The position numbers and the translations under genes are program-made. A stretch of DNA of 64,000 nucleotides from an uncultured Actinomycetota bacterium (GTDB taxonomy: Bacteria > Actinomycetota > Actinomycetes > JAHEKZ01), in the NCBI GenBank assembly GCA_963743915.1, contig CAVURN010000003.1, positions 543,631-607,630 on the forward strand. Direction: 5' to 3'. The notes below the pieces were generated by a model that saw only the letters and a program-made list of their open reading frames with translations, did no database searches and had not been told where the DNA came from. This document shows positions 10,440 to 21,953 of the stretch, piece by piece. Every line of letters starts with the position of its first letter. Positions within the stretch are counted from its first letter, which is position 1.

Positions 10440-11419
10440 GGGGCCACCGTCCGCGCGGACGCGGCGCGCCGCAGGCGGTCGCGCACCGCGTGCCCGACGC
10501 CCTCGTCGGGAGGGAGCACCGCGACGACGGTGTCCAGTCCGGCCTCGTCGGCGGCGCGCAACGCGGCGTAGAGCAGGTGCGCGTACTCGGTGTCGTCGGT
10601 CGGGGCCGCGAGTCGTTCGTGCGGGATGCCGGGGTCGGCGAGGTCCGCCAGGGCGATCAGCCCGAACCGGACGGGTGCCAACGTGGCGGCGAGCGCGGCC
10701 AGGTCCTCCGGCTCGGTGACGAGCACGCGTGCGCGGGGCGCGTAGTGGGACTCCGTGCTCCCTGGCGCACGGACGCCCGCAGCGTCGCGGACGACGACCA
10801 GCCCGGTCAGCTGCTCGACCTGGGCCACGGTGACCGCACCCGAACGCAGCAGCCGAGGGTGTTCGTCCCAGGCGCCGATGATGGTGGACTCCACCCCGAC
10901 CGGGCAGCGGCCACCGTCGAGCACGAGGTCGCGGTCGGCGTCCAGCAGCGGTCCGAGCTCGTCGACGACGTGCTGGGCGGTGGTGGGGCTGACCTGTCCG
11001 TAACGGTTGGCCGAGGGAGCCGCCAGGCCGCCGCCGAAGGCGCGCAGCACGGCGAGCGTGAGTGGGTGCGCCGGCACCCGCAGGCCGACGGTCGGCTGCC
11101 CGCCGGTGACGGCGTCCAGCACCCCCTCGCCGCGCGGCACGACCAGCGTGAGGGGTCCGGGCCAGACGGAGTCAGCGAGGGCACGCGCCCAGGGCGGGAC
11201 GGCGGTCGCCCAGTCGTCGAGCATCTCGGGACCGGGCAGGTGGACGATCACGGGGTGAGTGGCGGGGCGTCCCTTGGTCGCGAAGATGCGGTGCACGGCC
11301 TCGGCGCTGCGCGCGTCGCCGGCGAGCCCGTACACCGTCTCGGTCGGAAGCGCGACCAGCCCACCGCGGCGCAGGCTCTGCACGGCGGCGTCGACGTCCC
11401 GGGTCACGGCGATCGGCAC
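10436..11419 (-). CDS. sua5: L-threonylcarbamoyladenylate synthase (Sua5/TsaC)
   Basis: PTETVYGL, KGRP..HPVIVH, WPGPLT, AAPSAN, GVEST and C-terminal SUA5 domain (HYAP). Confidence 0.93.
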   Translation of the reverse strand: MPIAVTRDVDAAVQSLRRGGLVALPTETVYGLAGDARSAEAVHRIFATKGRPATHPVIVHLPGPEMLDDWATAVPPWARALADSVWPGPLTLVVPRGEGVLDAVTGGQPTVGLRVPAHPLTLAVLRAFGGGLAAPSANRYGQVSPTTAQHVVDELGPLLDADRDLVLDGGRCPVGVESTIIGAWDEHPRLLRSGAVTVAQVEQLTGLVVVRDAAGVRAPGSTESHYAPRARVLVTEPEDLAALAATLAPVRFGLIALADLADPGIPHERLAAPTDDTEYAHLLYAALRAADEAGLDTVVAVLPPDEGVGHAVRDRLRRAASARTVAP

Positions 11420-11475
11420 ACGTCCAGTGTGGCGGCAGTGCCGGTCGGGGTGCGCAGAGGCCCGACGGGTGGGCC

Positions 11476-11739
11476 TCAGGCAGCCGTGCTGGCGCTCTCC
11501 GCTGCCTCCCGGCGGGCCCGCCGCTGGCGGGAGCGTCGCAGCGACCGTCGCTCGACCTCGGTGAGGCCGCCCCAGACCCCGTGGTCGAGCCGCGTGGCCA
11601 GGGCGAACTCCAGGCACTGGGTGCGCACCGGGCAGCCACGGCAGATCGCCTTGGCCTCCAGGGACGGGTCCGAGGGGCGCTCGGGGAAGAACACGTCGGG
11701 GTCGATGGCCCGGCAGCTCGCCTCGTCATCCCATTTCAT
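11476..11739 (-). CDS. WhiB family Fe-S transcriptional regulator
   Basis: C...FFP...AKAICRGCPVRTQCLEFAL...GVWGGL. Confidence 0.93.
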   Translation of the reverse strand: MKWDDEASCRAIDPDVFFPERPSDPSLEAKAICRGCPVRTQCLEFALATRLDHGVWGGLTEVERRSLRRSRQRRARREAAESASTAA

Positions 11740-11956
11740 GCAGCACCTCCGCGTGCTCTCGTCCCTGGCGAGACCAGTAGGACGCGGCGGGCGGGCCCCC
11801 GGTTCCCTCCGAGCAGTGAAGAGTGCGGCCGTCTGGCGGCCGGAACCGTCAGCCGTGCGCCGTGCACCTGGCAGTCGGTTGGTGGTGGTCACAGCAGCCC
11901 CGCACGTGGAAACTCTTGCCGATCTCGTCGGCCGAAGTTTCCGCAACCGGGACCGG

Positions 11957-13582
11957 CTAGCGGACGACCGCCTTGATCGACGCTCGGAGGTTCTGGTCGC
12001 GGGGGATGCCGCCGTAGCACGAGAACTGGGTCAGGCCCGAGTAGCACTTGCTGAAGGCGTCACTGGCGTTGCCGACGGTGAGCACCACCCGTTGCACGTC
12101 TCCTGGAGAGAACCCCACGCGGATGGATCCGTCACCCTTGCGGTTGAGCGCGATGCGGCGGATCCCGGAGGTGCTGCCGTCGTCGCGGACCACGAGCAGC
12201 CGGGCCACGGGAGAGGTTCTCCGGGACGGCAGGTCGACGGTGATCGCCAGACGAGCGTCGGAACGCAGCCGGTCACCCGGCAGGATGCGGACGGGTGCGT
12301 AGGAGAGATGGTCGAGGGTGAAGCGACGCCACCCGGTGCTGTCACCGGTCCTCGTGAGTCGGTAGCTGCCGACCGACGCCGACGGGTAGGCGGAGCCCTC
12401 TTCGAGGAACTCGTCCGGTTCGGCGATGGCCAGACCGAAGTCGCCGAGCACCGCGGTGAGGTCAGCCCCCCGCTTGCGCAGGACGCGCTCGAGTGCCGTG
12501 AGCGAGTAGTCGTCGGGGCCGGTGGGGGAGGCGTCCGCACGTTGCCACACCGACCACATCAGGCCCGGCCCGAACCGCTCGGTGAGGTAGCGCCAGAACC
12601 CCCACGACCCGTACCGGCTTGCCCCCTTGGAGACGTCGAGGGAGAGCCACGGCCGAGCGAACTGGCTGACGGCGAGGTACTGGCGGTTGTCGTTGACGCT
12701 GTCGTAGACCTCGTCCTCGATCCAGGCCGCGGATCCCTCGGCGAGCCAGAGGTCCTCGGTGGCGTCGTAGGCGAACTGGATCGCGTGGAAGAACTCGTGG
12801 GCGGCGGTGACCTTGAGGTTCTCCAGCGGGGTGTTGCGGCTGCCGAACTCGCCCTTGGCGTAGTCCTCGTCCAGGACGCAGTAGGACGCGAAGTCGTAGT
12901 ACCGGTAGTTGGACGTGCGGAGCGCCCGTGAGTCGTCGATGGCGCAGTACCCGTAGAGGCCCGAGTCGCCGATGTCGCTCAGATAGACGTCGAAGCGGGG
13001 GTCGTCGTCGTCGATCGAGGCCCGCTCGTCGGTCAGCGGTTCCCGGAACCCCATGTCGTCGATCTCGACCGTCCAGACCGACTCCATCACCGCGAGGGTC
13101 CGCTCCACCTGGTTGGGGACACCGTCGACGTCACGGTCACCTGGGTACGGAGCGTCGTCCCCGCTCTCGGTCCAGTGCACGCAGAGGGGCAGGGTGGTCG
13201 AGCAACCAAGGTCGTCCCGGGACGCCTGTGCCTCCGGTCCCTGCCAGATGGCGCCGGAGTCCGCTGCCTGTCGACCGCCGTTGGGCCGGGCCAGCAGGGC
13301 CCGGGCGGTGCGCCGGTCGGCCCGGTCGAGGGCCGGCAGCGCCAGGGCCAGCTCGCGCAGCGCGAGGGTGGCGTCGGGCTGATGACCGGTTCCGTCGCCG
13401 GCGAGCACCTGCTGGGCCAGCGCGAGCGCCTGCTCGGCGTCGGTCGCGACCGGGGCGAAAGCCGGTGGCCCGTCGACGTCCGCCGATGCGGAGGTGACGC
13501 TGACGGCAGCCAAGGGCAGGGCCAGCGCACCGGCCAGGACGAGAGCCAGAGCGCGCCGCGGCGCGCGTGGCAGGTGAGCCAT
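11957..13582 (-). CDS. Secreted zinc metalloprotease-like protein (MXAN_6640-like)
   Basis: Signal peptide; VTAAHEFFHAIQFAY...WLAEGSA zincin motif. Confidence 0.8.
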   Translation of the reverse strand: MAHLPRAPRRALALVLAGALALPLAAVSVTSASADVDGPPAFAPVATDAEQALALAQQVLAGDGTGHQPDATLALRELALALPALDRADRRTARALLARPNGGRQAADSGAIWQGPEAQASRDDLGCSTTLPLCVHWTESGDDAPYPGDRDVDGVPNQVERTLAVMESVWTVEIDDMGFREPLTDERASIDDDDPRFDVYLSDIGDSGLYGYCAIDDSRALRTSNYRYYDFASYCVLDEDYAKGEFGSRNTPLENLKVTAAHEFFHAIQFAYDATEDLWLAEGSAAWIEDEVYDSVNDNRQYLAVSQFARPWLSLDVSKGASRYGSWGFWRYLTERFGPGLMWSVWQRADASPTGPDDYSLTALERVLRKRGADLTAVLGDFGLAIAEPDEFLEEGSAYPSASVGSYRLTRTGDSTGWRRFTLDHLSYAPVRILPGDRLRSDARLAITVDLPSRRTSPVARLLVVRDDGSTSGIRRIALNRKGDGSIRVGFSPGDVQRVVLTVGNASDAFSKCYSGLTQFSCYGGIPRDQNLRASIKAVVR

Positions 13583-13632
13583 GGATCCCCGATCGAGAAA
13601 GACCGCCTCTGGGGCGGTGCCGAGCACCCAGT

Positions 13633-15280
13633 CTACCTGTCCGGGTCGGCCCATCGAGGGGACGTGGAGCGCGGGGGGAAGAGCGTGGCGCGGTAGACGA
13701 TCAGCCGCGGGTCGCCGGACACGGCCGCGCGGGCCAGCGCGTCGCGGAGGTCGTCGGGGGCGTCCGGTCGGTCGATCGGCAGGGCGAACGCCGCAGCGAG
13801 CTCTTCCCACCGGGGCCCGAGCAGGTCGACGCCGCGCTCGGGGTGTCCGCCGCGCTGCTGGTCGAACCGGAGCATGCCGTAGCCCCCGTCGTCCACGACG
13901 AGGAGCGTGACGGGCAGGTTGAGCTGGCGGACGGTGGCCAGCTCGCCGAGCGCCATGGCGAGCCCGCCGTCACCCACGACCGCCAGCGTGGGGGTGCCGC
14001 TCGCTGCGACGCCGATGGCGGCCGGCAGTCCGTAGCCGAGCGTCCCCCAGCCGACGGGGTAGAGCATCTGACGGGAGCGTCGGACCGCTGCGTAGCCGCC
14101 GACCCAGTAGCCCGCGACCGCCATGTCGCACACGATCGCGTTGGCGTCCGGCCAGGCGCGCTCGACGGCGTCCACGACTGCCACGGCCTCACGGGTGCGG
14201 GCGTCGGTGGCGGCATCGGCGCGGACGGCGTCGCGGATGCGGAAGGGCGAGTCCGCCCACGGCTCGCGTCCGGCGAGGCGCAGCGTGACCGCGTCGACGA
14301 ACGCGGCCACGTCGGCGGCGATGGTGAGGTCGGGGTCGAAGGCTCCGCTCGGGGCCAGGTTGACGTCGATCACCGCTGCCGGACGCGGCAGCGACCAGTG
14401 CGCCGTGGTCATGCCGTCGAGCGCCGAGCCGAGCACGACCAGCAGGTCGGCGTCGGCGAGCAGCTCGCGAGCGCGGGGCTCCATGGCCGGCACGTCGACG
14501 AGCAGCGGGTGGCCCGACGGCAGCACTCCGCGACCGGCGTACGTGGCGAACACGGGTGCGCCCAGCCGCCACGCGAGCGCCTCGACGTCGGCACCCGCGG
14601 CGACGGCGCCGCCTCCGACCCAGAGCGCCGGGCGGCGCGCGCGGGCCACCAGCTCGGCGGCCGCCGCGATCTCCGACACCGACGGGGTGGCCGCGGGTGC
14701 TGGGCGCGCGGCCGGGACAGGGGGCGCGGGCGCGTTCAGCACGTCCGCGGGGATGCCGAGGTAGACCGGCCCGCGGGGGTGGGTCAGCGCGGTCGCGATG
14801 GCATCTGCGGCGGAACGGACGGCGTCCGCAGGGGTGGTGGGCTGCAGCGACGCCTTGGCCAGCGGGGCGAACCACGCACCCGGGTCGGCGGACTCGTGCA
14901 GCAGGCCGCGCGGCCGAGCCCGGTCGCGGAGCGCCTCCGGGACGTCGCTGGCGATCACGAGCAGCGGGACGCCGCTCGCCGCTGCCTCGCCGAACGCGCC
15001 GAGGGTGTTGGCCGCCCCCGGTCCGCTGGTGACGAGCGCGACGCCGAGGCCGCCGGTCGAGCGGGCGAGTCCGTCGGCGGCGTACGCCGCGGTCTGCTCG
15101 TGGCGCACCGTGTGGATCTGCACGCCGGACGGATGCCGGTCGTCGCCGTCGAGGCTGCGCCAGAACGGGAGGTTGTGCACACCCGGGAGGCCGAAGGCGG
15201 TGCGGACGCCGGCGTCCGCGAGTGCGTCGAGGATGCGGTCAGCGGTGGTGGACGCCGGTGGTGGGGCCGGTGGTGGACAC
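13633..15280 (-). CDS. Thiamine-pyrophosphate-binding enzyme (acetolactate synthase-like); start uncertain, probable frameshift
   Basis: FGLPGVHNL, RHEQTAAYAADG, SGPGAAN and GDGG..D..YG TPP motif. Confidence 0.87.
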
Positions 15281-15372
15281 GCGCCCCATCCTTTCCCAAG
15301 AACGACGCATTCACCCGCACTGGTGGAACACGCGCCGCACTCACGCGGTGGACGGGGCCGGTGACGTCGGAG

Positions 15373-16005
15373 CTAGCGCGTCCAGACGGGTGCGATGTTC
15401 TTGCGGTAGCCGCGTCCGAACAGGGCGGTGAGAGCCGAGAGCACGGGGCCGGGAACCCCGTCCGTCACGGCCGCTCGCTGGGCCGGGGTCGCGCCGTCGA
15501 GCATCCACGCGAAGAAGCGACCGCCACGAGCGGGGCTGACCTTGGCGAACTTCTTGCCCATCGCCTTGATCTCGGGGTGGTCGCGGTTCTGCTGGTACAC
15601 GTCCTCGAGCTCGGCCTCCTCGTGGTCGAGGTGCGCCACCGCGGCGTTGCGCAGCTGCTGCATCGCGCTCAGCGCGATCTGTGCATGCTCGGCGCTGGGG
15701 ACGCGGTTCAGGTCGGCCATGGCGCGTCGGGCGTCGCCCAGCGCGGCCGCCATGGTGTCGTGCTCGGCGTCCATGGTGTCGAGCAGCTCGCGGCTGACGC
15801 CGACCGCCTCCAGGTGCGGCCACGCGATGGTGTGCTCGCCCTCGTGGTGGTGCGTGAGCTGGTCGTCGAAGTTCTCCCAGGCCGCGGCCAGCTGCTGGGC
15901 GCGGACCGCGTCCCCGGCGGGGAAGTCGCCGAGGGCGGCGATGAAGCGGTCGAGGTCGCGGCGGAAGGCTCCGTGGATCGCCTTGTTCATGCTCATCTCA
16001 GCCAT
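15373..16005 (-). CDS. Hemerythrin (HHE) domain protein
   Basis: IHGAFRRD, HHHEGE, MDAEH and HLDHEE motifs. Confidence 0.85.
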   Translation of the reverse strand: MAEMSMNKAIHGAFRRDLDRFIAALGDFPAGDAVRAQQLAAAWENFDDQLTHHHEGEHTIAWPHLEAVGVSRELLDTMDAEHDTMAAALGDARRAMADLNRVPSAEHAQIALSAMQQLRNAAVAHLDHEEAELEDVYQQNRDHPEIKAMGKKFAKVSPARGGRFFAWMLDGATPAQRAAVTDGVPGPVLSALTALFGRGYRKNIAPVWTR

Positions 16006-16051
16006 GCGAGGAGGGTACGGCGATCCGCGAGGTCGCTCTAGGGTGACGAGC

Positions 16052-17600
16052 ATGGCGATTTCGAGCTCGGCAGGCACCCCGTTCGTCAAGCACAACCCGG
16101 CCAACACGTCCGACGTGGTCTGGAGCGGTGAGCTGGCGGCGTCCGACGTGCTTCGTGGACGCCGCGCGGCGTGCGCGGGAGGCGCAGCGTGAGTGGGCGC
16201 AGATCCCGGCCCCGGCGCGCGGACGCGTGATCGCGCAGGTCGGCCGGCTGGTCGAGGCGAACAAGGAGCGGCTGGCGGGGCTCGTGACCCGCGAGATCGG
16301 CAAGCCGTACGCGGAGGCGCTCGGCGAGGTGCAGGAGGTCGTCGACACGTGCGACTTCTTCCTCGGTGAGGGACGTCGGCTGTACGGGCAGACCGTGCCG
16401 AGCGAGATGCCCGACAAGCAGCTGTTCACGTTCCGCGTCCCGGTCGGAGTCGCGGCGGTGGTGACGGCGGGCAACTTCCCGGCTGCCGTGCCGTCCTGGT
16501 ACCTCGTGCCGGCGCTGCTGTGCGGCAACGCCGTGGTGTGGAAGCCGGCCGAGACGGCGAACGCGGTGGCGGAGGCGCTGACCGCGCTGTTCCACGCCGG
16601 CGGTGTGCCGGCCGACGTGCTGCAGACGGTGCCGATGGCCGGGCAGGAGACGTTCCAGGGTCTCACCGGCGCGTTGGAGGCGGGGTTCGTCGACAAGGTC
16701 GGCTTCACCGGCTCGACCGAGGTGGGCCGGGCGATCGGTGAGCTGTGCGGTCGGCACCTGCAGTCACCGTGCCTGGAGCTCGGCGGCAAGAACCCGATGG
16801 TCGTCATGCCGGACGCCGACCTCGACCTGGCCGTCGAGGGGGCGCTCTTCGGCGGGTTCGGCACGGCGGGGCAGCGGTGCACGTCGCTCGGCACGGTGTG
16901 GGTGCACCGCTCGGTGCACGACGCGTTCGTCGACGCCTTCGCCGATGCCGTGGAGACAGCCGTCATCGGTGACCCGACGCAGGACGTGCTGTACGGACCG
17001 ATGATCGACGAGCGGTTCCTGCAGCGGTTCGAGGGATGGCTCGACCTCGTGCAGCCGCACCACACGCTGCGAGGGTCGACGGGGACCGGACGCATCACGT
17101 CGTCCAACCCGCGCAAGGGCTTCGTCGGTGACCCGGACGCGGGTCTGTTCGCGCATCCGACGATCGCGGTGGGCGTGCAGGCGTCCGACGCTCTGTACCG
17201 GACCGAGACGTTCGGGCCGTTGGTCGGCGTCGGCGTGTTCGACGACCTCGACGAGGCGCTCGCGTTGGCGAACGGTCACGGGTACGGGCTCTCGTCCTCG
17301 ATCTACACGCGCGACCCGGAGGCGGTGTGGCGGTTCCGCCAGGGGAGTCAGCGCCGGCATGGTCAGCGTCAACAACTCGACGTCCGGCGCGGAGGCGCAC
17401 CTGCCGTTCGGCGGGAACGGCAAGAGCGGCAACGGCTCACGCCAGAGCGGCATGTGGGTGCTCGACCAGTTCACCCGCTGGCAGGCGATGAACTGGGACT
17501 ACAGCGGCCGACTCCAAAAAGCCCAGATGGACACCGCATCGGTGACCGACGCTCTTGGCCGGCGAGCCCGACTTCCGCCTCCCCTGAGGGTGCGGTGTGA
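16052..17600 (+). CDS. Aldehyde dehydrogenase family protein (frameshifts near 16150 and 17345; 3' end uncertain)
   Basis: WKPAE, FTGSTEVG, LELGGKNP, GQRCTS, ETFGP and LPFGG motifs. Confidence 0.9.
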
Positions 17601-17706
17601 CACCGATCCCGTTGATTGCAGGGATCGGCACACCCATGGTCGAACGCCACCCACCGTGGGTGGCGACCAAACCTTCATTGATCGTCTGCGGTGTCACACC
17701 GCACCC
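17588..17706. repeat. Long imperfect palindrome between convergent genes
   Basis: GGGTGCGGTGTGACACCG...CGGTGTCACACCGCACCC arms with inner CGCCACCCAC/GTGGGTGGCG stem. Confidence 0.65.
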
Positions 17707-17719
17707 AAAGGGGGGTGGG

Positions 17720-18304
17720 TCAGGCGAGGGCGCCTTCGGCGAAGGCTTGGGCGTCCGCGTCGCTCTGGAAGACGAGCACCGTCGCGACCGAGTCCTGGAT
17801 CCACGCGTACGCGGTGCCACCGGCACTCGGTGCGGACACCTTGACGACCTTGGTGCCGTTGATCTCCTCGTAGTCCGGCTCGACGTCGCTGCCGGCGATC
17901 CCGCCGGCGAAGCCCGGCAGGAAGCCGTCCTCGAACCCGGGAGTGTTGGCCGCCTCCGGGTCGATCGAGATCCGCATGATCAGACCGGCCTGCTCCCCGT
18001 CCTTGAGCACCAGCTGACCCGCGGCCTTGCCGACCTGGGGCGTGCCCTTGACGGCGGCGTCGAAGGCGTCGAGCGCAGCGGCCGGGAGCTTCTGGTACGT
18101 GTAGCCGTCGACCTCGGGGAAGTCGTCGAGCGCGGCCGGTGCGGAGGTCTCCTCCGGCTGCGACGACGGCGACTCCTCGGGCGAGCTGCTCACCTCGGGC
18201 GAACCGGCGGCCGGCTCCGGTGTCGAGTCGTCGGAGGAGCAACCACCGAGCACGAGCAGCGCGGAGGCGGCGAGGGCAGCGACAAGGGTCGCGGAGCGGC
18301 GCAT
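17720..18304 (-). CDS. Putative lipoprotein
   Basis: Lipobox LVLGGC followed by Ser/Pro/Glu-rich linker. Confidence 0.75.
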   Translation of the reverse strand: MRRSATLVAALAASALLVLGGCSSDDSTPEPAAGSPEVSSSPEESPSSQPEETSAPAALDDFPEVDGYTYQKLPAAALDAFDAAVKGTPQVGKAAGQLVLKDGEQAGLIMRISIDPEAANTPGFEDGFLPGFAGGIAGSDVEPDYEEINGTKVVKVSAPSAGGTAYAWIQDSVATVLVFQSDADAQAFAEGALA

Positions 18305-18379
18305 GGGAGACCTCGATCTCATCTGGGTGTCTTCACCCTAGTCTTCGGCAGGTGCCCGGCCGTGCCTTACGGTGCTGGG

Positions 18380-18697
18380 GTGAGCGATGTCGCCGAGGTG
18401 CTGCGGGCCAAGCGGGCCGAGGTGCTGGCGGAGATGGGGCAGCTCACCGAGCCCACCCCCGACACCGGTGGCATCTCGTTCGGCAAGCGCGTCGGTGACG
18501 GCACCAGCATCGCCGTGGAGCGCATCACCCAGGTCGCGGCGCACGACCGGCTGCAGGTGGTGCTCGCCGAGATCGACCGCGTCGAGGCCAAGCTCGACGA
18601 GGGCAGCTACGGCGTCTGCGACGTCTGCGGGACGCCGATCGCTGCGGCCCGCCTCGAGGCACGTCCGTGGTCGACCCACTGCGTCGCGTGCGCGTGA
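18380..18697 (+). CDS. TraR/DksA C4-type zinc finger protein
   Basis: GSYGVCDVCGTPIAAARLEARPWSTHCVACA. Confidence 0.88.
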   Translation: MSDVAEVLRAKRAEVLAEMGQLTEPTPDTGGISFGKRVGDGTSIAVERITQVAAHDRLQVVLAEIDRVEAKLDEGSYGVCDVCGTPIAAARLEARPWSTHCVACA

Positions 18698-18713
18698 GCG
18701 ATCCGCTGCCACG

Positions 18714-19127
18714 ATGATGAGGCGAGCGCTGCGGACGACGGTTCCGTTCGGGTTGGCCGCCGGCACCCTGTACTTCATCATCATCGGGTTCACCGCGACG
18801 CTGTTCACCGTGTTCGGGATCGAGGGGTTCTCGGCCCTCGAGCTCGTGCTCTTCATCGGCGTCGGTGCGGGGCTAGGCCTGGTGCTCGGCGTCGTCGTGG
18901 GTGTCGTCCTGGGCGCGACCGTCCGACCGGGCGGGACGCCGACGCGTCAACGGGTCATCGGGGCGTTCGCCGGTGGGCTTCCGGTTCTCGTGCTGACCGG
19001 CATCGAGTACTTCACGGGAGTCGTCGGCGTCCTGGACCAGGACCCGACGACGGTGGTCGTCGTCCCGACCGCGGTCGCAGCCATCGGCTCCGCCGCCCTG
19101 GCCCCCCACCTGACGACTTCGGGGTAA
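18714..19127 (+). CDS. Hypothetical membrane protein (about 4 TM)
   Basis: Hydrophobic ORF directly after the DksA-like gene. Confidence 0.6.
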   Translation: MMRRALRTTVPFGLAAGTLYFIIIGFTATLFTVFGIEGFSALELVLFIGVGAGLGLVLGVVVGVVLGATVRPGGTPTRQRVIGAFAGGLPVLVLTGIEYFTGVVGVLDQDPTTVVVVPTAVAAIGSAALAPHLTTSG

Positions 19128-19170
19128 TCCGTCAGGGTCATGACCCGGAGGAGTTTCCCCAAAGGTGTGC
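19115..19170. repeat. REP-like palindrome family 2, copy 1
   Basis: Centred on GGGTCATGACCC; reverse complement matches 39748-39803. Confidence 0.75.
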
Positions 19171-19172
19171 CG

Positions 19173-20105
19173 TCAGCCGAAGCGGCCGGAGACGTAGTCC
19201 TCCGTGCGCTGGTCCGCCGGGTTGGTGAAGATGTTCCGCGTCCAGTCCATCTCGACGAGGCGACCGTGCCGCTCGCCGTGCTCGTCGACCTCGGCGGTGA
19301 AGAACGCCGTGCGGTCCGAGACGCGCGCCGCCTGCTGCATGTTGTGGGTCACGATGATGATCGTGTAGTTCTTCACCAGGTTGTGCATGAGGTCCTCGAT
19401 CTTCGTCGTCGAGATCGGGTCCAGGGACGCGGCCGGCTCGTCCATGAGGATGACGTCCGGCTCGACAGCGATGCAGCGAGCGATGCACAGCCGCTGCTGC
19501 TGGCCGCCGGAGAGCGCGAACGCGCTGTCCTTCAGCTTGTCCTTCACCTCGTCCCAGAGCGCCGCCTTGGTCAGGGACTCCTCGACGAGGTCGTCCATGT
19601 TGGAGACCTTCCAGCCGTTGACGCGCGGGCCGTACGCGATGTTGTCGTAGATCGACTTGGGGAACGGGTTCGGCTTCTGGAAGACCATGCCGACGCGTCG
19701 CCGCACCTCGATGATGTCGACGTCGGGGGCGTAGAGGTCCTGCCCGTGGTAGGTGATCTTCCCGGTGATGGTTGCGCCGGGAATCAGGTCGTTCATCCGG
19801 TCGAAGCAGCGCAGCACCGTGGACTTGCCGCAGCCGGACGGGCCGATCAGCGCGGTGATCTGGTTCTTTCCGAACACCATGTCGACGTTGCGGACCGCCT
19901 CGTAGTCGCCGTAGTAGACCGACAGGTCGATCGTCTCGATGACCGGGTCGACGGTGGCGTTGTTCGGGGCCTCGGTGGACGCCACCGAGCTCACGTTGAG
20001 CGAGGGCATTCGCTGGGACTCGCTGGGGGTCGTGTCCATGGCTCCCGCCGGTCTCGTGATGTGCGTCCTGCTCGACTCATGATCGATGGTCATGGCCTTC
20101 TTCAC
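19173..20105 (-). CDS. pstB: Phosphate ABC transporter ATP-binding protein
   Basis: [40 protein letters not shown]; ends GRFG. Confidence 0.97.
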   Translation of the reverse strand: MKKAMTIDHESSRTHITRPAGAMDTTPSESQRMPSLNVSSVASTEAPNNATVDPVIETIDLSVYYGDYEAVRNVDMVFGKNQITALIGPSGCGKSTVLRCFDRMNDLIPGATITGKITYHGQDLYAPDVDIIEVRRRVGMVFQKPNPFPKSIYDNIAYGPRVNGWKVSNMDDLVEESLTKAALWDEVKDKLKDSAFALSGGQQQRLCIARCIAVEPDVILMDEPAASLDPISTTKIEDLMHNLVKNYTIIIVTHNMQQAARVSDRTAFFTAEVDEHGERHGRLVEMDWTRNIFTNPADQRTEDYVSGRFG

Positions 20106-20998
20106 CAGCGCTTCTGGGTCTTGTTCCGGATGTAGATGGCTACCGAGTTCATGGCGAGGAGGATCACGAGCAGGACGACGCTGGCCGCGGCCGCGAGCTC
20201 CTTGAACTCAGCACGGGACTCGGTCGTCCACTGGAAGATCTGGATCGGGAGCGCCGTGAAGGACGACATGAGGCCGTCCGGGTTGAACCGGACGAACCCG
20301 ATCCCGAGCATGATCAACGGTGCGGCCTCGCCGATCGCCCGCGACAGGGCGAGGATCGACCCCGTGGCCATGCCCGGCGTCGCCGCGGGCAGCACCTGGC
20401 GCCAGATGGTCTGCCACTGGGTGGCGCCGAGCGCCAGCGACCCCATGCGGATCGAACGCGGGACGGCGCGGATGGCCTCGCGGCTGGCGATCACGACGGT
20501 GGGCAGCACCAGCAGGGCCAGCGTGAGCGATCCGGTGAGGATCGTCGGGCCGAAGCCGAGACCCCGGGAGATGAACGCAAGGCCGAGGATGCCGAAGATG
20601 ATCGACGGCACCGCTGCGAGGTTGAGGATGTTCACCTCGATGATGCGGTTGATGCGTGCCGTCGGGTTGGCGTACTCCTCGAGGTAGATCGCCGCCGCGA
20701 TGCCGGTCGGGATCGTCCAGAGCGCCGTGAAGAACATCAGCCACAGCGTGCCGGTGATGGCCGACTGAGCCCCGGCTGTCGCCGGGTTCACCTGCGAGGG
20801 CATGTTCAGCACCAGGTCGGCGTCGAGCCTGGGCCAGCCTTTCAGGACGGTGTAGGTCAGCAGGACGACCAGCGTGACGACACCGACTGAGAGGCACGCG
20901 ATGAGCATCCAACGGAAGAGCTTCTCCCTGAGGGGCTCGCCACCGGACTTCGTCAGCGACGGCCTCTCGCCACCTCGGATCATCGTCGGCGCGCTCAT
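20102..20998 (-). CDS. pstA: Phosphate ABC transporter permease PstA
   Basis: [24 protein letters not shown]; operon position. Confidence 0.96.
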   Translation of the reverse strand: MSAPTMIRGGERPSLTKSGGEPLREKLFRWMLIACLSVGVVTLVVLLTYTVLKGWPRLDADLVLNMPSQVNPATAGAQSAITGTLWLMFFTALWTIPTGIAAAIYLEEYANPTARINRIIEVNILNLAAVPSIIFGILGLAFISRGLGFGPTILTGSLTLALLVLPTVVIASREAIRAVPRSIRMGSLALGATQWQTIWRQVLPAATPGMATGSILALSRAIGEAAPLIMLGIGFVRFNPDGLMSSFTALPIQIFQWTTESRAEFKELAAAASVVLLVILLAMNSVAIYIRNKTQKRW

Positions 20999-21945
20999 TC
21001 GTAGACCTCCCGGTACTTGCGCACCAGTCGGATGCTCAACATGTTGAGCAGGAAGGTGAAGACGAAGAGCAGCGAGCCGACCGCGAAGATCGTCTTGTAC
21101 TCGATGGAGCCGGTGGGCACGTCACCGGAACCGGTGGCCGCGATGAAGGCTGTCATGGTCTCCATGAACTCGAGCGGGTTCAGTGACAGGTTGGGCTGCA
21201 GCCCGGCTGCGACGGTGACGATCATCGTCTCGCCGATGGCCCGGGAGATGCCGAGGATGAAGGCGGCGGCGATCCCGGAGAGCGCGGCCGGGACGACGAC
21301 GCGCGTCGAGACCTGGCGCTTGTTGCTGCCGAGCGCGTAGGCGCCCTGACGCAGGCCGTTCGGCACGGCGGCCATGGCGTCTTCGGAGAGCGATGCGACG
21401 GTCGGGATGATCATCACGCCCATGATCAGGCCGGCTGAGAGGGCGTTGAAGGTCGTGGGAAGGGAGTCGCCGGGCACGATCGACTTCAGGATCGGGGTCA
21501 TGAAGGTCAGCGCGAAGAAGCCGTAGACGACCGTGGGGATGCCGGCCAGCACCTCCAGGGTCGGCTTGAGGGCCTGCCGGACGCGTTCCGGTGCGTACTC
21601 GGACAGGTAGATCGCCGACCCCAGGCCGAGAGGGAGGGCGACGAGGCAGGCGATGAAGGTGATGACCAAGGTGCCGACGACGAGGGGCAGGACACCGAAC
21701 TGAGGATCCTGGAAGAGCGGAGTCCAGTCGGTTCCGGTCAGGAAGTCAGTGATCGGTACTTCGGCGAAGAACTCGACGGTGGGGATGACCAGGGCGACGA
21801 TGATCGCCACGGTGGTGGCGACGGCTACTGACGCAGCGGTGAAGAGGACGGCCTTGATCGCCCACTCCCCGTAACGCGGTCGCTGCTGCCGCAGGAACCC
21901 TTCGGCTCCCGCGGCAGCAGCGCGCTTGTCGACCTGGATCGTCAT
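20995..21945 (-). CDS. pstC: Phosphate ABC transporter permease PstC
   Basis: [24 protein letters not shown]. Confidence 0.96.
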   Translation of the reverse strand: MTIQVDKRAAAAGAEGFLRQQRPRYGEWAIKAVLFTAASVAVATTVAIIVALVIPTVEFFAEVPITDFLTGTDWTPLFQDPQFGVLPLVVGTLVITFIACLVALPLGLGSAIYLSEYAPERVRQALKPTLEVLAGIPTVVYGFFALTFMTPILKSIVPGDSLPTTFNALSAGLIMGVMIIPTVASLSEDAMAAVPNGLRQGAYALGSNKRQVSTRVVVPAALSGIAAAFILGISRAIGETMIVTVAAGLQPNLSLNPLEFMETMTAFIAATGSGDVPTGSIEYKTIFAVGSLLFVFTFLLNMLSIRLVRKYREVYE

Positions 21946-21953
21946 CGACAGTG

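Noticed and set aside
10490-16041. Very long plus-strand ORFs (813 and 824 aa) and similar shadow ORFs elsewhere
   Set aside because: They are antisense to well-supported genes and carry no motifs; this is expected from stop-codon scarcity in high-GC DNA.
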